Source: Amphiscolops sp. MND2022 (lineage: Eukaryota). From it: 64,000 nucleotides of DNA. Position numbers and translations under genes: made by a program. The stretch spans positions 53,260,001 to 53,324,000 of the forward strand of contig OZ076409.1 in NCBI GenBank assembly GCA_964187785.1, given 5' to 3'. The notes beneath the pieces are model-generated. The model was not told the origin of the DNA. It ran no database searches and was given only the letters and a program-made list of their open reading frames with translations. Below are positions 23,660 to 34,628 of the stretch, piece after piece. Within the stretch, counting starts at the first letter, position 1; each line of letters begins with the position of its first letter.

Positions 23660-23900
23660 CAGAATCAGCGTTTTCGTCTGAACATCCACTGCGAACGAGC
23701 GGTTCTAGACGACGTCAACCAATTCACGTATTTCGGATCTCTTATACCAAGCAATGGCGATTCATCGAGAAAGACAAATGCTAGAATTTGCAAGGCAATG
23801 GGGGCAAGAGCAAAACGCTATAACTTCTGGAAATCAAGAAACATCCCTTCTAACATCAAAAGGAAAATCTCGGCATGTGTCAGCAGTACACTCCTCTAGA
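23660..23900 (+). mobile_element. RTE-clade LINE RT C-terminal fragment
   Basis: LDDVNQFTYFGSLI...RICKA...FWKSRNIPSNIKRKI...VSSTLL follows the RTE thumb-region pattern. Copy at 34713-34950 (minus). Confidence 0.65.
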
Positions 23901-23906
23901 GATGTG

Positions 23907-23957
<51 letters not shown>
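23907..23957. repeat. (GTA)17 microsatellite, the LINE 3' tail
   Basis: Direct reading; lies ~70 bp beyond the ORF2 stop. Confidence 0.95.
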
Positions 23958-23958
<1 letters not shown>

Positions 23959-24028
23959 AAGACTTAATTCCAAGATTATGGAGTTATAAAATACGTACAT
24001 GTTATGAATAAAACGAAAAACCGAAAGA

Positions 24029-26878
24029 TTATGAGCGACAAAACGAACAGTAGCATTTTATAAACAGTGAACAGGAGTTCGAGATATCAAGGTTTGAGAT
24101 CTTTGATAGAAGAAAGTTACGTAGCACCAGTTTGAAATGTTGCAGCGACATACTGAAATCAAGCACTTTTAGACTAATGAGAGCATTTGCTGCTCTAGTG
24201 GATCTGTCAAAGAAGTTGCTTTCAGAGCCAACTTTTTTGGTTTTTGGAACATCAAAAAGCCCCAGAGTGGATGATATTGTGTTCAGGGTACTCGTGGCAA
24301 GATTGTGATCGACATCAAGACAGCGATTTTGCAGTTTCCATAGCAGTATGAGGTCGTTTTCCGCAAGCTGAAAACACAAGGGTAGATAGGAATGACTCAA
24401 AAGGGCTGACTTATAACTTTTATCAGAACAAATCCATTTAAAAGCTCGCATTTGAAACTTTTCTAATTTTTTGAGGTAAGTAACTGAAGGCGACCATACA
24501 GGAGATCCATATAGAAGAACAGATACTACCAAAGAATGGTAAAGTAATTTCTTTCTGGGACTAGCGGTAGAAAAAGGGATATTTCGACGCATAAAGTTAA
24601 AAACTCTGGTGCATTTGGCGAGTTTCGTTTCAATATGGTTCGTCCAGTCGAGGTTGGATGTGACAGTAAACCCAAGGTCTTCAATGCTCTTTTCAAATGG
24701 CAATTCATTTGAACCAAGATTCAGCATTAAATCAGGCATTACATCCGAGAATGGAATACATTTACATTTCGAGGGATGAAAACTCAGACCATTTAAAACA
24801 GACCAATGTAGTAGAGCATCAAGATCGCTTTGAATGAGTTGGAGGATACAGTCAAAATGTACTTTTAAATCACCAGCAAAAGCAAATGGGCATCCATGTT
24901 CAATAGATTCCATCATGTCGTTGATAAACAGAATGAATAATAATGGTCCCAAAACACTTCCCTGAGGAACACCTGAAGGTACAGCAACTGGAGACGAGAG
25001 ACTTTCTCTTACTTTGACAATTTGAAACCTGTTCGAAAGATAAGATTCCATTAAATTGATGAAACCAGGACATAAACCGAAAAGCTTGAGCTTGGATAAT
25101 AGCAAATGATGAGGGACTGAATCGAATGCCTTTTGCACATCAAAATAGATAGACAAAGTGGGAGTATTGGAGTCCATGGCACGATAGACAAGATCTAAAT
25201 ATGATATCATTTGAGTTACAGTGCTCCGGGCTTTCATGAAACCGTGTTGTTTCCTGTGAATTAGCTTCAAAACTTTGGGGTACAAAAAAATGAAAATAAT
25301 CCGCTCCAGAATGAGTGAGAGTTTGCAAAGAATACTGATTGGGCGATAATTATCAATGGAAGATTTCGGGCCTTTTTTATGTAGTGGTGTTATGTGCGAT
25401 ACTTTCCAAACATCAGGCCAAGTTCGATTTTTAAGTATATGTGTGAATAGTTCCAAAACAAGTGGAGCCAGTATATTTGATGCCTTATGAAGAACAAACG
25501 AAGGCACTTGATCAGGACCCATAGAATTTGAATCATCGCATTTCAGCAGAAGTGTTTCCACTTCAATAAGTGAGACTTGGAGATCATCAATAAAAATAGA
25601 GGGTACAGTTTCAGTTTCTGATGCTGCGACAAAGTCAACTTTTGAACTAAACACTGAACTAAGGTATTTGTTGAAGGCATTTGCAATATCACTGTCAGTG
25701 CAGTATTTTTGGTCGTTGTAATACATAACAGAGGGAATATGATTGCAAAAACCCAATTTTCGGAGCATACGAAAGCACTCAGTTGAAGAAGATAAGTTGA
25801 AACTATCCAGAAAGACAAGTTTATCTAATTCGATCGATTGGGATAGTGATACATCTATTTCACGTTGTTTGAGAGCTAATTGGAACGACCAGAATCTGGA
25901 CATTTTGCGAATGTTTGTATCTTTTTGATTCAGAAGATGAATCGTATGGGAGGAGTAGTAGATGGGAAAATTCCGACGACGTTTTCTTTTTTGTCTAATA
26001 GAAATGAATAAAGAAGAGGACAAACGTGAATACCATTCAGATACAAAGTCAAAGACAGTGGAGGGCTGCATGAAACAAATCAGATCATATAGAGGAGATA
26101 GAGATTGATTGAAAATTGACTTATCGAAAGACGACTGTGAGTAGGAAGGTACAATAGGTATTTCATTATTCGTGCACTCGAGTGAAAAATAAATAGGATA
26201 ATGATCGGAAAAAAAATTTAGGTCCACCCAACAGTCAAGGTTGCTAGAGTCAGTTAGAATAAGGTCGAGGATATTACCCGCTTTATGAGTAGGTGAATCA
26301 ATAAACTGCGACAGGCAGAGCTCATTTACAGCTTCGAGGAAGGATAGCTCTTTTTCATTACTACTTGTCATAGTGTCCCAGTCAATATCGGGGAAATTGA
26401 AGTCACCAAGAACAAACGTTGAAAAGTCCCATTTGGGGTTTCCAACTTTTTCCACAAGTGTTTTCTGATATGCATGTATACATTCAATAATTTGCGCAAC
26501 ATCGACTTTGTAATCAGAGGTAGATGGAGGATTGTATATAAGGATGAAAAGTTTCAACTCAGTCTCCGAAAGACAACAGCCAACAGAAAAAGGATATTGT
26601 TTGAGTGAGATATCAACAAGGGTTGAGCCGCAATGGTTTGATACTGCTATTAATATGCCTCCGTGTTGACCCTGAGGCCTATCGGAACGTGAGATAATGG
26701 TGTAAGAAGAACCAAGAAAAATTTCCGAGTCAGAAACATTCTCATCCAGCCATGTTTCAGTAAGAAATACGAGAAAGAATGAATTTAAAGATACGAGTTT
26801 TGCAAGTTTATGACGTTTGGATAGACTAAGAGTTGATCTGCAGTTCAGCAAGAGGCATGTTTTTTTTTTGCCAGTCAT
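24029..26878 (-). CDS. LINE ORF2: AP endonuclease plus reverse transcriptase (949 aa), with catalytic motif FAGD
   Basis: LTETWL, GDFNFP, SDHYP (APE); NYRPIS, QHGF, KAFDSV, GVPQGSVLGPLLF (RT); terminal CYCSFC. Confidence 0.95.
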   Translation of the reverse strand: MTGKKKTCLLLNCRSTLSLSKRHKLAKLVSLNSFFLVFLTETWLDENVSDSEIFLGSSYTIISRSDRPQGQHGGILIAVSNHCGSTLVDISLKQYPFSVGCCLSETELKLFILIYNPPSTSDYKVDVAQIIECIHAYQKTLVEKVGNPKWDFSTFVLGDFNFPDIDWDTMTSSNEKELSFLEAVNELCLSQFIDSPTHKAGNILDLILTDSSNLDCWVDLNFFSDHYPIYFSLECTNNEIPIVPSYSQSSFDKSIFNQSLSPLYDLICFMQPSTVFDFVSEWYSRLSSSLFISIRQKRKRRRNFPIYYSSHTIHLLNQKDTNIRKMSRFWSFQLALKQREIDVSLSQSIELDKLVFLDSFNLSSSTECFRMLRKLGFCNHIPSVMYYNDQKYCTDSDIANAFNKYLSSVFSSKVDFVAASETETVPSIFIDDLQVSLIEVETLLLKCDDSNSMGPDQVPSFVLHKASNILAPLVLELFTHILKNRTWPDVWKVSHITPLHKKGPKSSIDNYRPISILCKLSLILERIIFIFLYPKVLKLIHRKQHGFMKARSTVTQMISYLDLVYRAMDSNTPTLSIYFDVQKAFDSVPHHLLLSKLKLFGLCPGFINLMESYLSNRFQIVKVRESLSSPVAVPSGVPQGSVLGPLLFILFINDMMESIEHGCPFAFAGDLKVHFDCILQLIQSDLDALLHWSVLNGLSFHPSKCKCIPFSDVMPDLMLNLGSNELPFEKSIEDLGFTVTSNLDWTNHIETKLAKCTRVFNFMRRNIPFSTASPRKKLLYHSLVVSVLLYGSPVWSPSVTYLKKLEKFQMRAFKWICSDKSYKSALLSHSYLPLCFQLAENDLILLWKLQNRCLDVDHNLATSTLNTISSTLGLFDVPKTKKVGSESNFFDRSTRAANALISLKVLDFSMSLQHFKLVLRNFLLSKISNLDISNSCSLFIKCYCSFCRS

Positions 26879-27746
26879 TTTGTATCCACGGTAACAGGAG
26901 CTCCCTTGTAGTAGAGCTTCAAGTTTTTAATCTTGAAGTCTTCCCTGGACTTCCCTTCCTTTATCATTGAATAACGTTTGGACAAAACCTCTTTCTCTAT
27001 TGCACGTTCTTGAGACGACAAAAACTTTTTGATGTAAACAGCATTTTGGTAATTCTGTAGATGATAACTACGGGCGAAGCATTGTTTTAGTAACAGTGGG
27101 TTTGAGGTTGTTATGAGTAAAGGACGACATGCTCGTTTCTCTTTATTTGCTGGGTTATGACTTCTGCCTAACCTACGAATTTCGGATACGTTGCCATCAC
27201 TAGAGAGTCCCATATGTTTAAGAATTTTGTTCACTTCATCCACATCTTTTTCAATTTGTTTCAAGTAACTATCTTCGGTTTCAGTAGAGCCTGTGATAAC
27301 AAATTGCATTTCCTTTTTTTCTTTAACAAAATTGCCACCAACAACATCACTATACGAAGGAATGGAATCAGCGACAGCTTTTGAAACATTTTCTTTGAGA
27401 AGTAGAGGAACGGTGTCTTTTATGGCTTTTGGAATAAGCTCAGATATTGACGTGTTTACTTTTGTGCTAAAAGAATTAAAAAGTGAATTCAACTTAGCTT
27501 CGGTTTTTGCTGATGCTCCAATTAAGCAATCCCCCTTGTCCAGGCAGGCGTCGCAGCACCACAAGCAGTTTCGCTGAGTCCCCAGCCACTTCACACTGTC
27601 GATTGAGAGCCCTACACAATCACCGTGGAACCAGGAATTGCAATACTCGCATCCGATGCCCGATGAGTCGTCGTCTTCAACTGTTTTTTACAGGTCACAC
27701 ATTTGGTTGATGATTTGGAGCACAATCTCGGTCTTCGATTTGCCAT
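26875..27746 (-). pseudogene. LINE ORF1 with PHD finger; 1-nt frameshift in an A6 run at ~27684-27689
   Basis: MANRRPRLCSKSSTKCVTCKK, then after the shift GIGCEYCNSWFHGDC...LWCCDAC (C4HC3). The C-terminal RRLGR..RPLLI..YIKKFLS..ER pattern is typical of CR1-group ORF1. Confidence 0.85.
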
Positions 27747-27812
27747 AACGATATATGAAACTATTTAATCTTGTGGTGTGAGAGCTAACCATTGAAACGC
27801 ACTGATATCAAC

Positions 27813-28012
27813 NNNNNNNNNNNNNNNNNNNNNNNNNNNNNNNNNNNNNNNNNNNNNNNNNNNNNNNNNNNNNNNNNNNNNNNNNNNNNNNNNNNNNNNN
27901 NNNNNNNNNNNNNNNNNNNNNNNNNNNNNNNNNNNNNNNNNNNNNNNNNNNNNNNNNNNNNNNNNNNNNNNNNNNNNNNNNNNNNNNNNNNNNNNNNNNN
28001 NNNNNNNNNNNN
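27813..28012. other. Assembly gap (200 N)
   Basis: Run of N. Confidence 1.
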
Positions 28013-31000
28013 CGTATCTCGTTATAGTGCGGACAGCAGAAGAAATAGTGATAGAGATTGTCTTCTGACTTTCCACATATGCACATTGGCGATTCACACT
28101 TCCACATGTTCCAGGCATATTCGGCAAAAGCAAAGGAATTCCCAATTACTAATTCGCAAATTTTATTGACAACATAAGGATCTCCAATAGTTAAAGGACA
28201 ACAGGTGTTTAACTGTGGTTGCGTGTTAGGGAGATATTGCAAGAGGCCTTTGTTTTGGGTGTTCTTCCATCTCTTTATCCAACTTTGTTCTATGAATTCA
28301 TCTATTTCGTGCTTGTTGTATTCTGTCCGAGTATCGTCATCAAGGAACTTTTTGAATTTACTTAACTTACTTTCTAATGCTGCAGCTTTACTTCGGTTGG
28401 AGATGTAAAGAGAGTGGGTATTACTCACCAAGTCATTGGCTCTTTTGGCTTTGATGACAAATTTGATTTCTATGGCATCATTGTAAATGTCCAGAGGGGG
28501 TAGTCCTAGCAGCGTTTCGCAGATGCTAATAGTAGGAGTAAAACTATGTCGAAAGATTGATTTGATGATATGATTCTGGACTCTCATGACTGAGCTTTTA
28601 TTTCTTTCAAACCATATTACTGATGCATATAAGGAATGCAGGTCATTTCGCCTAATGCCATTTCGCCTAAAAAATTAGTTGAGTCATTTCGCCTAAGAAA
28701 ATTAGGCGAAATGACCAAACGGGAATAACGTCTAAATAATCATGTTTCGAAAAAGGCTTTCTGAAAGCGAAAATATCAAAATGTAGGGCATATTCGGTGT
28801 ATGCACGCTCGCCCTCACCGTCGCAAAGACCAGCTCCCCCTACGATCGCTTCGCGATCTCCGTTCCCGCTAGGTCTTTGCTCCTGATCGACCTCGCTTAG
28901 CAAGATGGAACATAAGCGGCCCCAAGCGGCCGCGGGGCACTAGAAGGAATGGGACATATCCGAGGCACGTTTTCTATTTGTTTTCCACTATTTGTTTTCC
29001 AATTTCATGTTTTTTCCACGTTTCTGAAAAAAAATTAGGCGAAGTGACCAAAGTAAAAGACGTTTCGCCTAAAAAAATTAGGCGAAGTGACCAAACACGT
29101 TAGGCGAAATGACTTTAGGCGAAATGGCATTAGGCGAAATGACCATTTCCCCATATAAGAGCTGCGGAACAATGATAGTAGTGTAGAGGATATTAACGTT
29201 GGAATTGACAAGCTCCATTTGCATCTCAAAATTCTAGAAGCGTTATCCCAGCTGCGTTTAGCTTTGTTACAGATTTTTTCGGCGTGGTCTTTGTAACACA
29301 GGTTATCATCAATCAGGAGACCGAGAGATTTTGTAGCTTTTGTGATAGTGCACGCTTCATTGTTCAGGCTCGGCGCAGTTATGTTGTTTCTTTCCACATT
29401 GAAAACAATCAATTCTGTCTTGGAGCCATTCACTCCCATTCTCCATTTGCGGCACCACTGTTCGATCCCCCTGCAAGAGTGTTCGAGTTTTTGGGAGATA
29501 TCATTTTCATTGCAGCCTTGAATTAAAATAGCACTGTCGTCAGCGAACTTGTAGTGACACGGTTCCTCACTCAGAAAATCGTTCAAGAAAATTACAAACA
29601 AAAGTGGTGACAAGACATTGCCCTGAAGGACACCAATGTCTATTTTGAACATAGATGAACGGAAGTCAGATAACTCAATGAATGCTTCTCGGTTCTTCAA
29701 AAAGGTTCGTAAAATGCAGAACATTTTACCGTTTATTTTGTAATGTTTGAGTTTGTAAAGTAGGCCATCTATCCACACGCTGTCAAAGGCCTTTTCGGGG
29801 TCAATGTTGAGTAGAGCGGTCGGTGTTTTCATTAATTTAGAATTTTCCAGATTAAGATGTAGCCTGTACAGAGATCTGACTGTGTTTCTTTTACTTCTGA
29901 AACCTTCTTGTTCGTCCGCCAGAATGTTCTCGGTTCCCGTGAAATAATTTAATCTATTGCACAGCATACGCTCAAAGAGCTTTCCAAAATGACTAGAGAT
30001 TGATAGCGGTCGATAGCTGGAACAGTCGTCATATCTGTCTTTGTTAGGCTTCCTGATAAACACAATTCGTGATAAAGACCAGTGCCATACAGCATGTTCC
30101 CAACATGTATTAAAAATCTCCAACAGAAGAGTTTTCGCATTGACTCCCAAGTTTTTGATCATTTTGACGTGGAACCCGTCAGGGTCGAAGAGTTTGTATC
30201 AGAACATTGTTTCATTGCTTCGTTTAGTTCTTCCATTGTGAATGGTTCATGAAAAACTTCCGAAACATGCTCGGAAGCATCATCAAACGAGTCCAGATAA
30301 CCTGAAACTGTCCTTGACATTGACTCGTCGAAGTTGAGAGTTTCCAGATGTTTTCCTTCGAAGAAGGTCTCTTGGAATTCTTGAGCAATATCTTTTTTTG
30401 AGAGCAGCAGTTTTCCGTGTTTATTCTTGATGAGATCCACTTGGGAACTGCTTCCAGCGAACAGTTTCTTGTACGATAACCAAAATTCTTTGCCTCGTTT
30501 GTGTCCCAGTGTCTTCAAGTAGTCTTTCATCCAGGCAGACGCCTTTTCACTGAGTAGTCGTTTGAATAATTCTTTCGCTTCTGCTAGTTTTTCTAAATTT
30601 GCATAATTGGACTTGTATCGGAAGTTCCGACGCAGCTGCCTGAGCTCTTTACTGGCTATAGTTAACTCGGTGCACCAAAATGGTTTACTATGTTGCGTAA
30701 CTTTTTTGAAAGGAATGAAAAGTAGTTTGGCCTCTCTTAAAGAGTTCTTGAAAAACTCCCACATTTCCAGAGCATTATCTGAAGTTGTCCAGTCGAGCAT
30801 TTCAGTTTCTAGATGTGCGCGCCAGTCATCCCACATTGCTTTCTCAATCCACGGCTTCTCCTTGAAATAACCACTTTTCGACTCGACAAGAGAAACTAGC
30901 ACAGGCAGGTGGCCCCTGGAGGGTGCTCCAGTGAATAGTTCCGTATCTTCATCAGTTGTAAGCGAGCATTTGTATTGGTTAATGAAGTTTCCATAGCAAA

Positions 31001-32762
31001 TGCAAAGATCTATTACACTTTGACCGTTGATTGAGAGAAAAGTAGGTTGGCCATCGTTCAAAATAGTATAAGTTGGTACGAGGCTGATTAACTCATTTCC
31101 AAGTGCATTGCACTTCTGATCACCCCAGTATAAGTGTCTGGCGTTGCAGTCGCCAGAGAAAAGGACACCTTCCATGTGATTTGTATCTGCGTAGACTTTA
31201 CAGGCTTCAAGTCTTTTTATGAGTTTTAGTAGTTCACCTTTGTCATCAGGTTTTACATAAACAGTCGTAGTTAGTAGATTTAGGCCGCGGACATTAGCTG
31301 CAGCCACAATATAGTCATTGTTTTTGGTCTCTAAATCCTCTATTTGAGCATACGCCACATCGTTACGAAACAACAACGCAACCCCGCCTGTCGATTTCTT
31401 TGGAGTACTACTGAGAGTTGTATAATTGGTAAAGGCATTATCAGGAATTTGTTGTTTGGTTTCATTCAAGAAAACCACATCTGGTTTATGTTTTTCAAGA
31501 TATGCATTAATTGCAATTTTACTGTGATTACTCAAGCCGCAAATGTTGATCTGTAAGAATGATATTCTCCTTTCAGGAGCCATCATGCCATCCATCATGA
31601 TTTTCATCAGTTAGCCCTCGAGCGTCATAAACCACTTGTTTTTGTTTAATGTAAGTTGGGCACACAAGTGAATCCGCATCGTGAGTCCCTTTGCAATTCA
31701 TACATTTGCTTTCTAAATCTTTATTCGGACAGTCTTCAATTTTGTGATCTTCACTGCAGTGTTTACAGGCTGTTTTGGAGTGGCAGTTTCCGCTAAGGTG
31801 ACCGAATTTTTGGCAGTTGTAACATTGAATGATTCTTATGCCTCTCTGAACAAATGCATATGGCTGGTAGTAAATGGAATCCAAAAAGAGTCCCTCAGAT
31901 AGTACATTGTTGTATTGAAGCTCTGACTGGAAGGTCAGTTTCACCGTCTGCAGAATTGTTCCATCCGCTTTTACGAATCTTTTCACATAGATCCCAGGAT
32001 ACTTCTTCTGGAGAATTTCAGTAATATGAACCTCTTCTATCTCTTTCGGAACACTTTTTATGACAGCGTTTCTCTGCTCACCTCTAGCGCTAGCTTTTCG
32101 TATACTGGTTTTCGTTCCAAGATAATCAGCTTTCCAGTTGGAGAACACCTCGTCAGCCTCTTGAGAGTTCAAGAATTCTATGTGAATGTTTCCCCGAGCA
32201 GTATTGAATGCTACAATCAATTTTTTCATAAGAAAAATTTTTGAAAATGCCTTTTAATTTCAATGCTATCTCGATACTTTTGATTGCCACTGACAATCAA
32301 TATGGTACTCAAGTCTTTCTCTTTGTTTCGAGGTATTTGTTGTCTCGTAGAGGGCGAAGGTTTTCGGGCGATTTTAGCATTCTCTGCATAGGTGTTTCCT
32401 GAGGGGGTTTTTTCCTTGATGATTTCGATATCAGTTTTAATTGACATCAATAGATCAGTTTCCTGTTTGCGAATTTCACTTTCATTATTATACCATTGAT
32501 TTAACGTTTTTAAGGACTTCATGATGGTCATACCTTGTTTTTGCAAAGTGTCGTTTTCACATTTGGGACAGTACCAGTGCACAGCCGAGTACTTCGCCAA
32601 TATTGCCAAATCTTTCACTTCTATTCCTCCACATGTCCCGTGCCACCATTCAAAACAACCGTTGCAAAGAATTGAGTTCTTTTCTTTTTCAGCTACCTTA
32701 CTTTTGCACTGCGGACATTTTTCGTCCGAGGTGGATTGATTTCTACTGCGTGTGCCAGTCAT
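28013..32762 (-). mobile_element. Near full-length frameshifted LINE (I/Nimb/Jockey-like group)
   Basis: ORF1 is PHD (32226-32762) then three CCHC knuckles (31573-32229). ORF2 is APE (30159-31607), RT with YKFADD (to ~29160) and a C-terminal CICG...HYFFCC finger (28020-28587). Single-base frameshifts near 32240 and 30190. Confidence 0.9.
28634..29151. mobile_element. TIR element (MITE) with 'atttcgcctaa' repeats and the shared GC-rich core
   Basis: Perfect 8-bp TSD CATATAAG (28626-28633, 29152-29159). TIRs match perfectly after 7 mismatched terminal bases. Removing the element restores RT-region codons PQLLYAS. Confidence 0.9.
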
Positions 32763-33026
32763 TTTTGATTCAAAGCAAGCAGGTTACTCGCCCCGGGCCG
32801 CTCCAAACCAACAAAGGCTCAAATAGCTACCCAGTTAGAGATTCCTGTTTCGCTTTTTTGTTCCTCCTTCTCGCGGAAGTGGATCTTTTCTTGGATTTAC
32901 GTTTTCTGGTTCTGGAGCGGTTTTGAATAACTATTGACTGCAGTTTTTTGCTCCGCTGCAAACAAATGGATATAACAAAATAAAGCCACATCTGACCGGC
33001 TTCAATAAAAAACCTTGACGAGGGAT

Positions 33027-34380
33027 ATGTTGTTGTTGTTGATGTGGATTTACAGCTTTCGCTGATGGGATTGCTCCCAAATTCTTTGTAACATTTTCGT
33101 CCCCTGTTTCTACATTGTCCACAGTCGCACACCCTTAACCATGTACAAGAGTTGTCTTCGTCGAACTGGTTATTGTAGTGTCTCCACATATCGCAGAGAA
33201 GTCTGTCTTTGAGACCCATTCCGTTGCCAATGTCAAAGCAATTATTAACTTTGTTCACGATTTGACAATTCCTAAAGAAAAATTCGCTGCGGCTTCTCTC
33301 AGTCCGGGGGATTTTCATTTGATAGTTCATGGGTCTGCGTGCGCTGCAAGACATTTTGGTATGTAAGTTCAAAATGTTCGCCAGGTTTCCTCTAGTAAGC
33401 GATGAAAAAAGTAGGAGATCGTTCATCTGCACAAACATTGGTAGCGGCAAAATGTTCAGTAATCTCAAACTGTTAGCATAGCAAGTCTGTTTGTTTCCCA
33501 TTATGCATTTTACAGCTTTCTTCTGGAGCGTCTCTAAAGCGTTCATGATGGCTTTTGATTGTTTGGCACAAAAAAGTCCATAGGTGACGGTCGGAAGTAC
33601 CAGCGATTTGTACAGGTTCAGCTTAGTGTTAGATTTAACATTGTACGCAATGTTCCGCCTGAGGGAGAACAAAACATTATAGGCTTTTTTCAACCTACTG
33701 CTAACATGTGCTGACCAATTGAGATCTTTTTTTACAAAGATGCCAATGTCTTTAACTTCTTCTGTGTCCTCAAAATTGATGTTTCCGACTTTATATTGAC
33801 AAATTGTACCTCTGAACTCAAGTTTGTAGCATTTGTCTGGAGCCAAGCTCATTCCATTGGTGTCAACCCAGTTCGAAATGGCTTCTAAGTCGAATTTTAT
33901 TTGCGCTTGTGTCTTCGCGACAGCTAATATTTTTAAATCATCTGCAAATATGTAGGGATCACTAAACTTCAGTGCTTCGGGGAGGTCGTTTATGAAACTA
34001 CAGAACAATAAGGGACCCACGAGAGATCCTTGGGGCACTCCACTTGTAATTTCTAACTGCTGAGATATAGTGTTCCCAACTCTAACCTGCTGGGTTCGTC
34101 ATTCCAAGTAGTCACAAAGAATATCGAGAAAGCAGCCTCCAACGCCAATTGCACTCACTTTCTTCGGCAGCTCATTATGCGGTACTCGGTCAAATGCTTT
34201 CGCAAAGTCGGTGTAAAAAGCGACCACTGTATCACTAGAATTTTCATCCAAGGCTTCATGTATGTCTTTCAAGAATTTCAGCATGTTTGATTGAACTGAT
34301 CTTCCACGGACAAATCCGTGCTGGTTTCTGGAGAGAAAGAAAGAGAAATGAAGAAAGAGAGGATCATACAAGCAAATTTC
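33027..34380 (-). mobile_element. 5'-truncated CR1/L2-group LINE (RT part) with (CAA)n tail
   Basis: NQHGF, DFAKAFD, PQGSLVGPLLF, IFADDLK and terminal CDCGQC; in-frame stop at 34099; tail catcaacaacaacaac. Confidence 0.88.
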
Positions 34381-34556
34381 GCGTGATGTTTCCAGGTCGT
34401 TCGCCACCAACCTTCTCCAAGTTAATTCGACCCCTTCTCTCAGTCTTTTCAAGTCCGGCCCTTTGTGAAGTCTAAGGTCGAGAACGGTAGGCGGTTCTCA
34501 GGCATTCTGAGGACATGACTACACTACACATGTCGAGGCGTCTGCAGCGAAGTTCT

Positions 34557-34628
34557 GATCTACAGGTGGAAAATGGTCTGATTCTACAGGTGGAAAATGG
34601 TCTGATTCTACAGGTGGAAAATGGTATG
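34557..34628. repeat. 24-bp tandem repeat x3
   Basis: ctacaggtggaaaatggtctgatt repeated. Confidence 0.9.

Larger units (their letters stand above)
23907..27776 (-). mobile_element. Full-length CR1/L2-group LINE with (CTA)n tail
   Basis: PHD-finger ORF1, APE+RT ORF2 and 3' (TAC)17 tail, flanked by TGTG on both sides. The empty site is visible in the inverted copy at 34675-34715. Confidence 0.92.

Noticed and set aside
23754..24011. Poly-valine ORF
   Set aside because: Translation of the (GTA)n LINE tail.
27765..28169. ORFs spanning the N run
   Set aside because: Artefacts of translating through the assembly gap.
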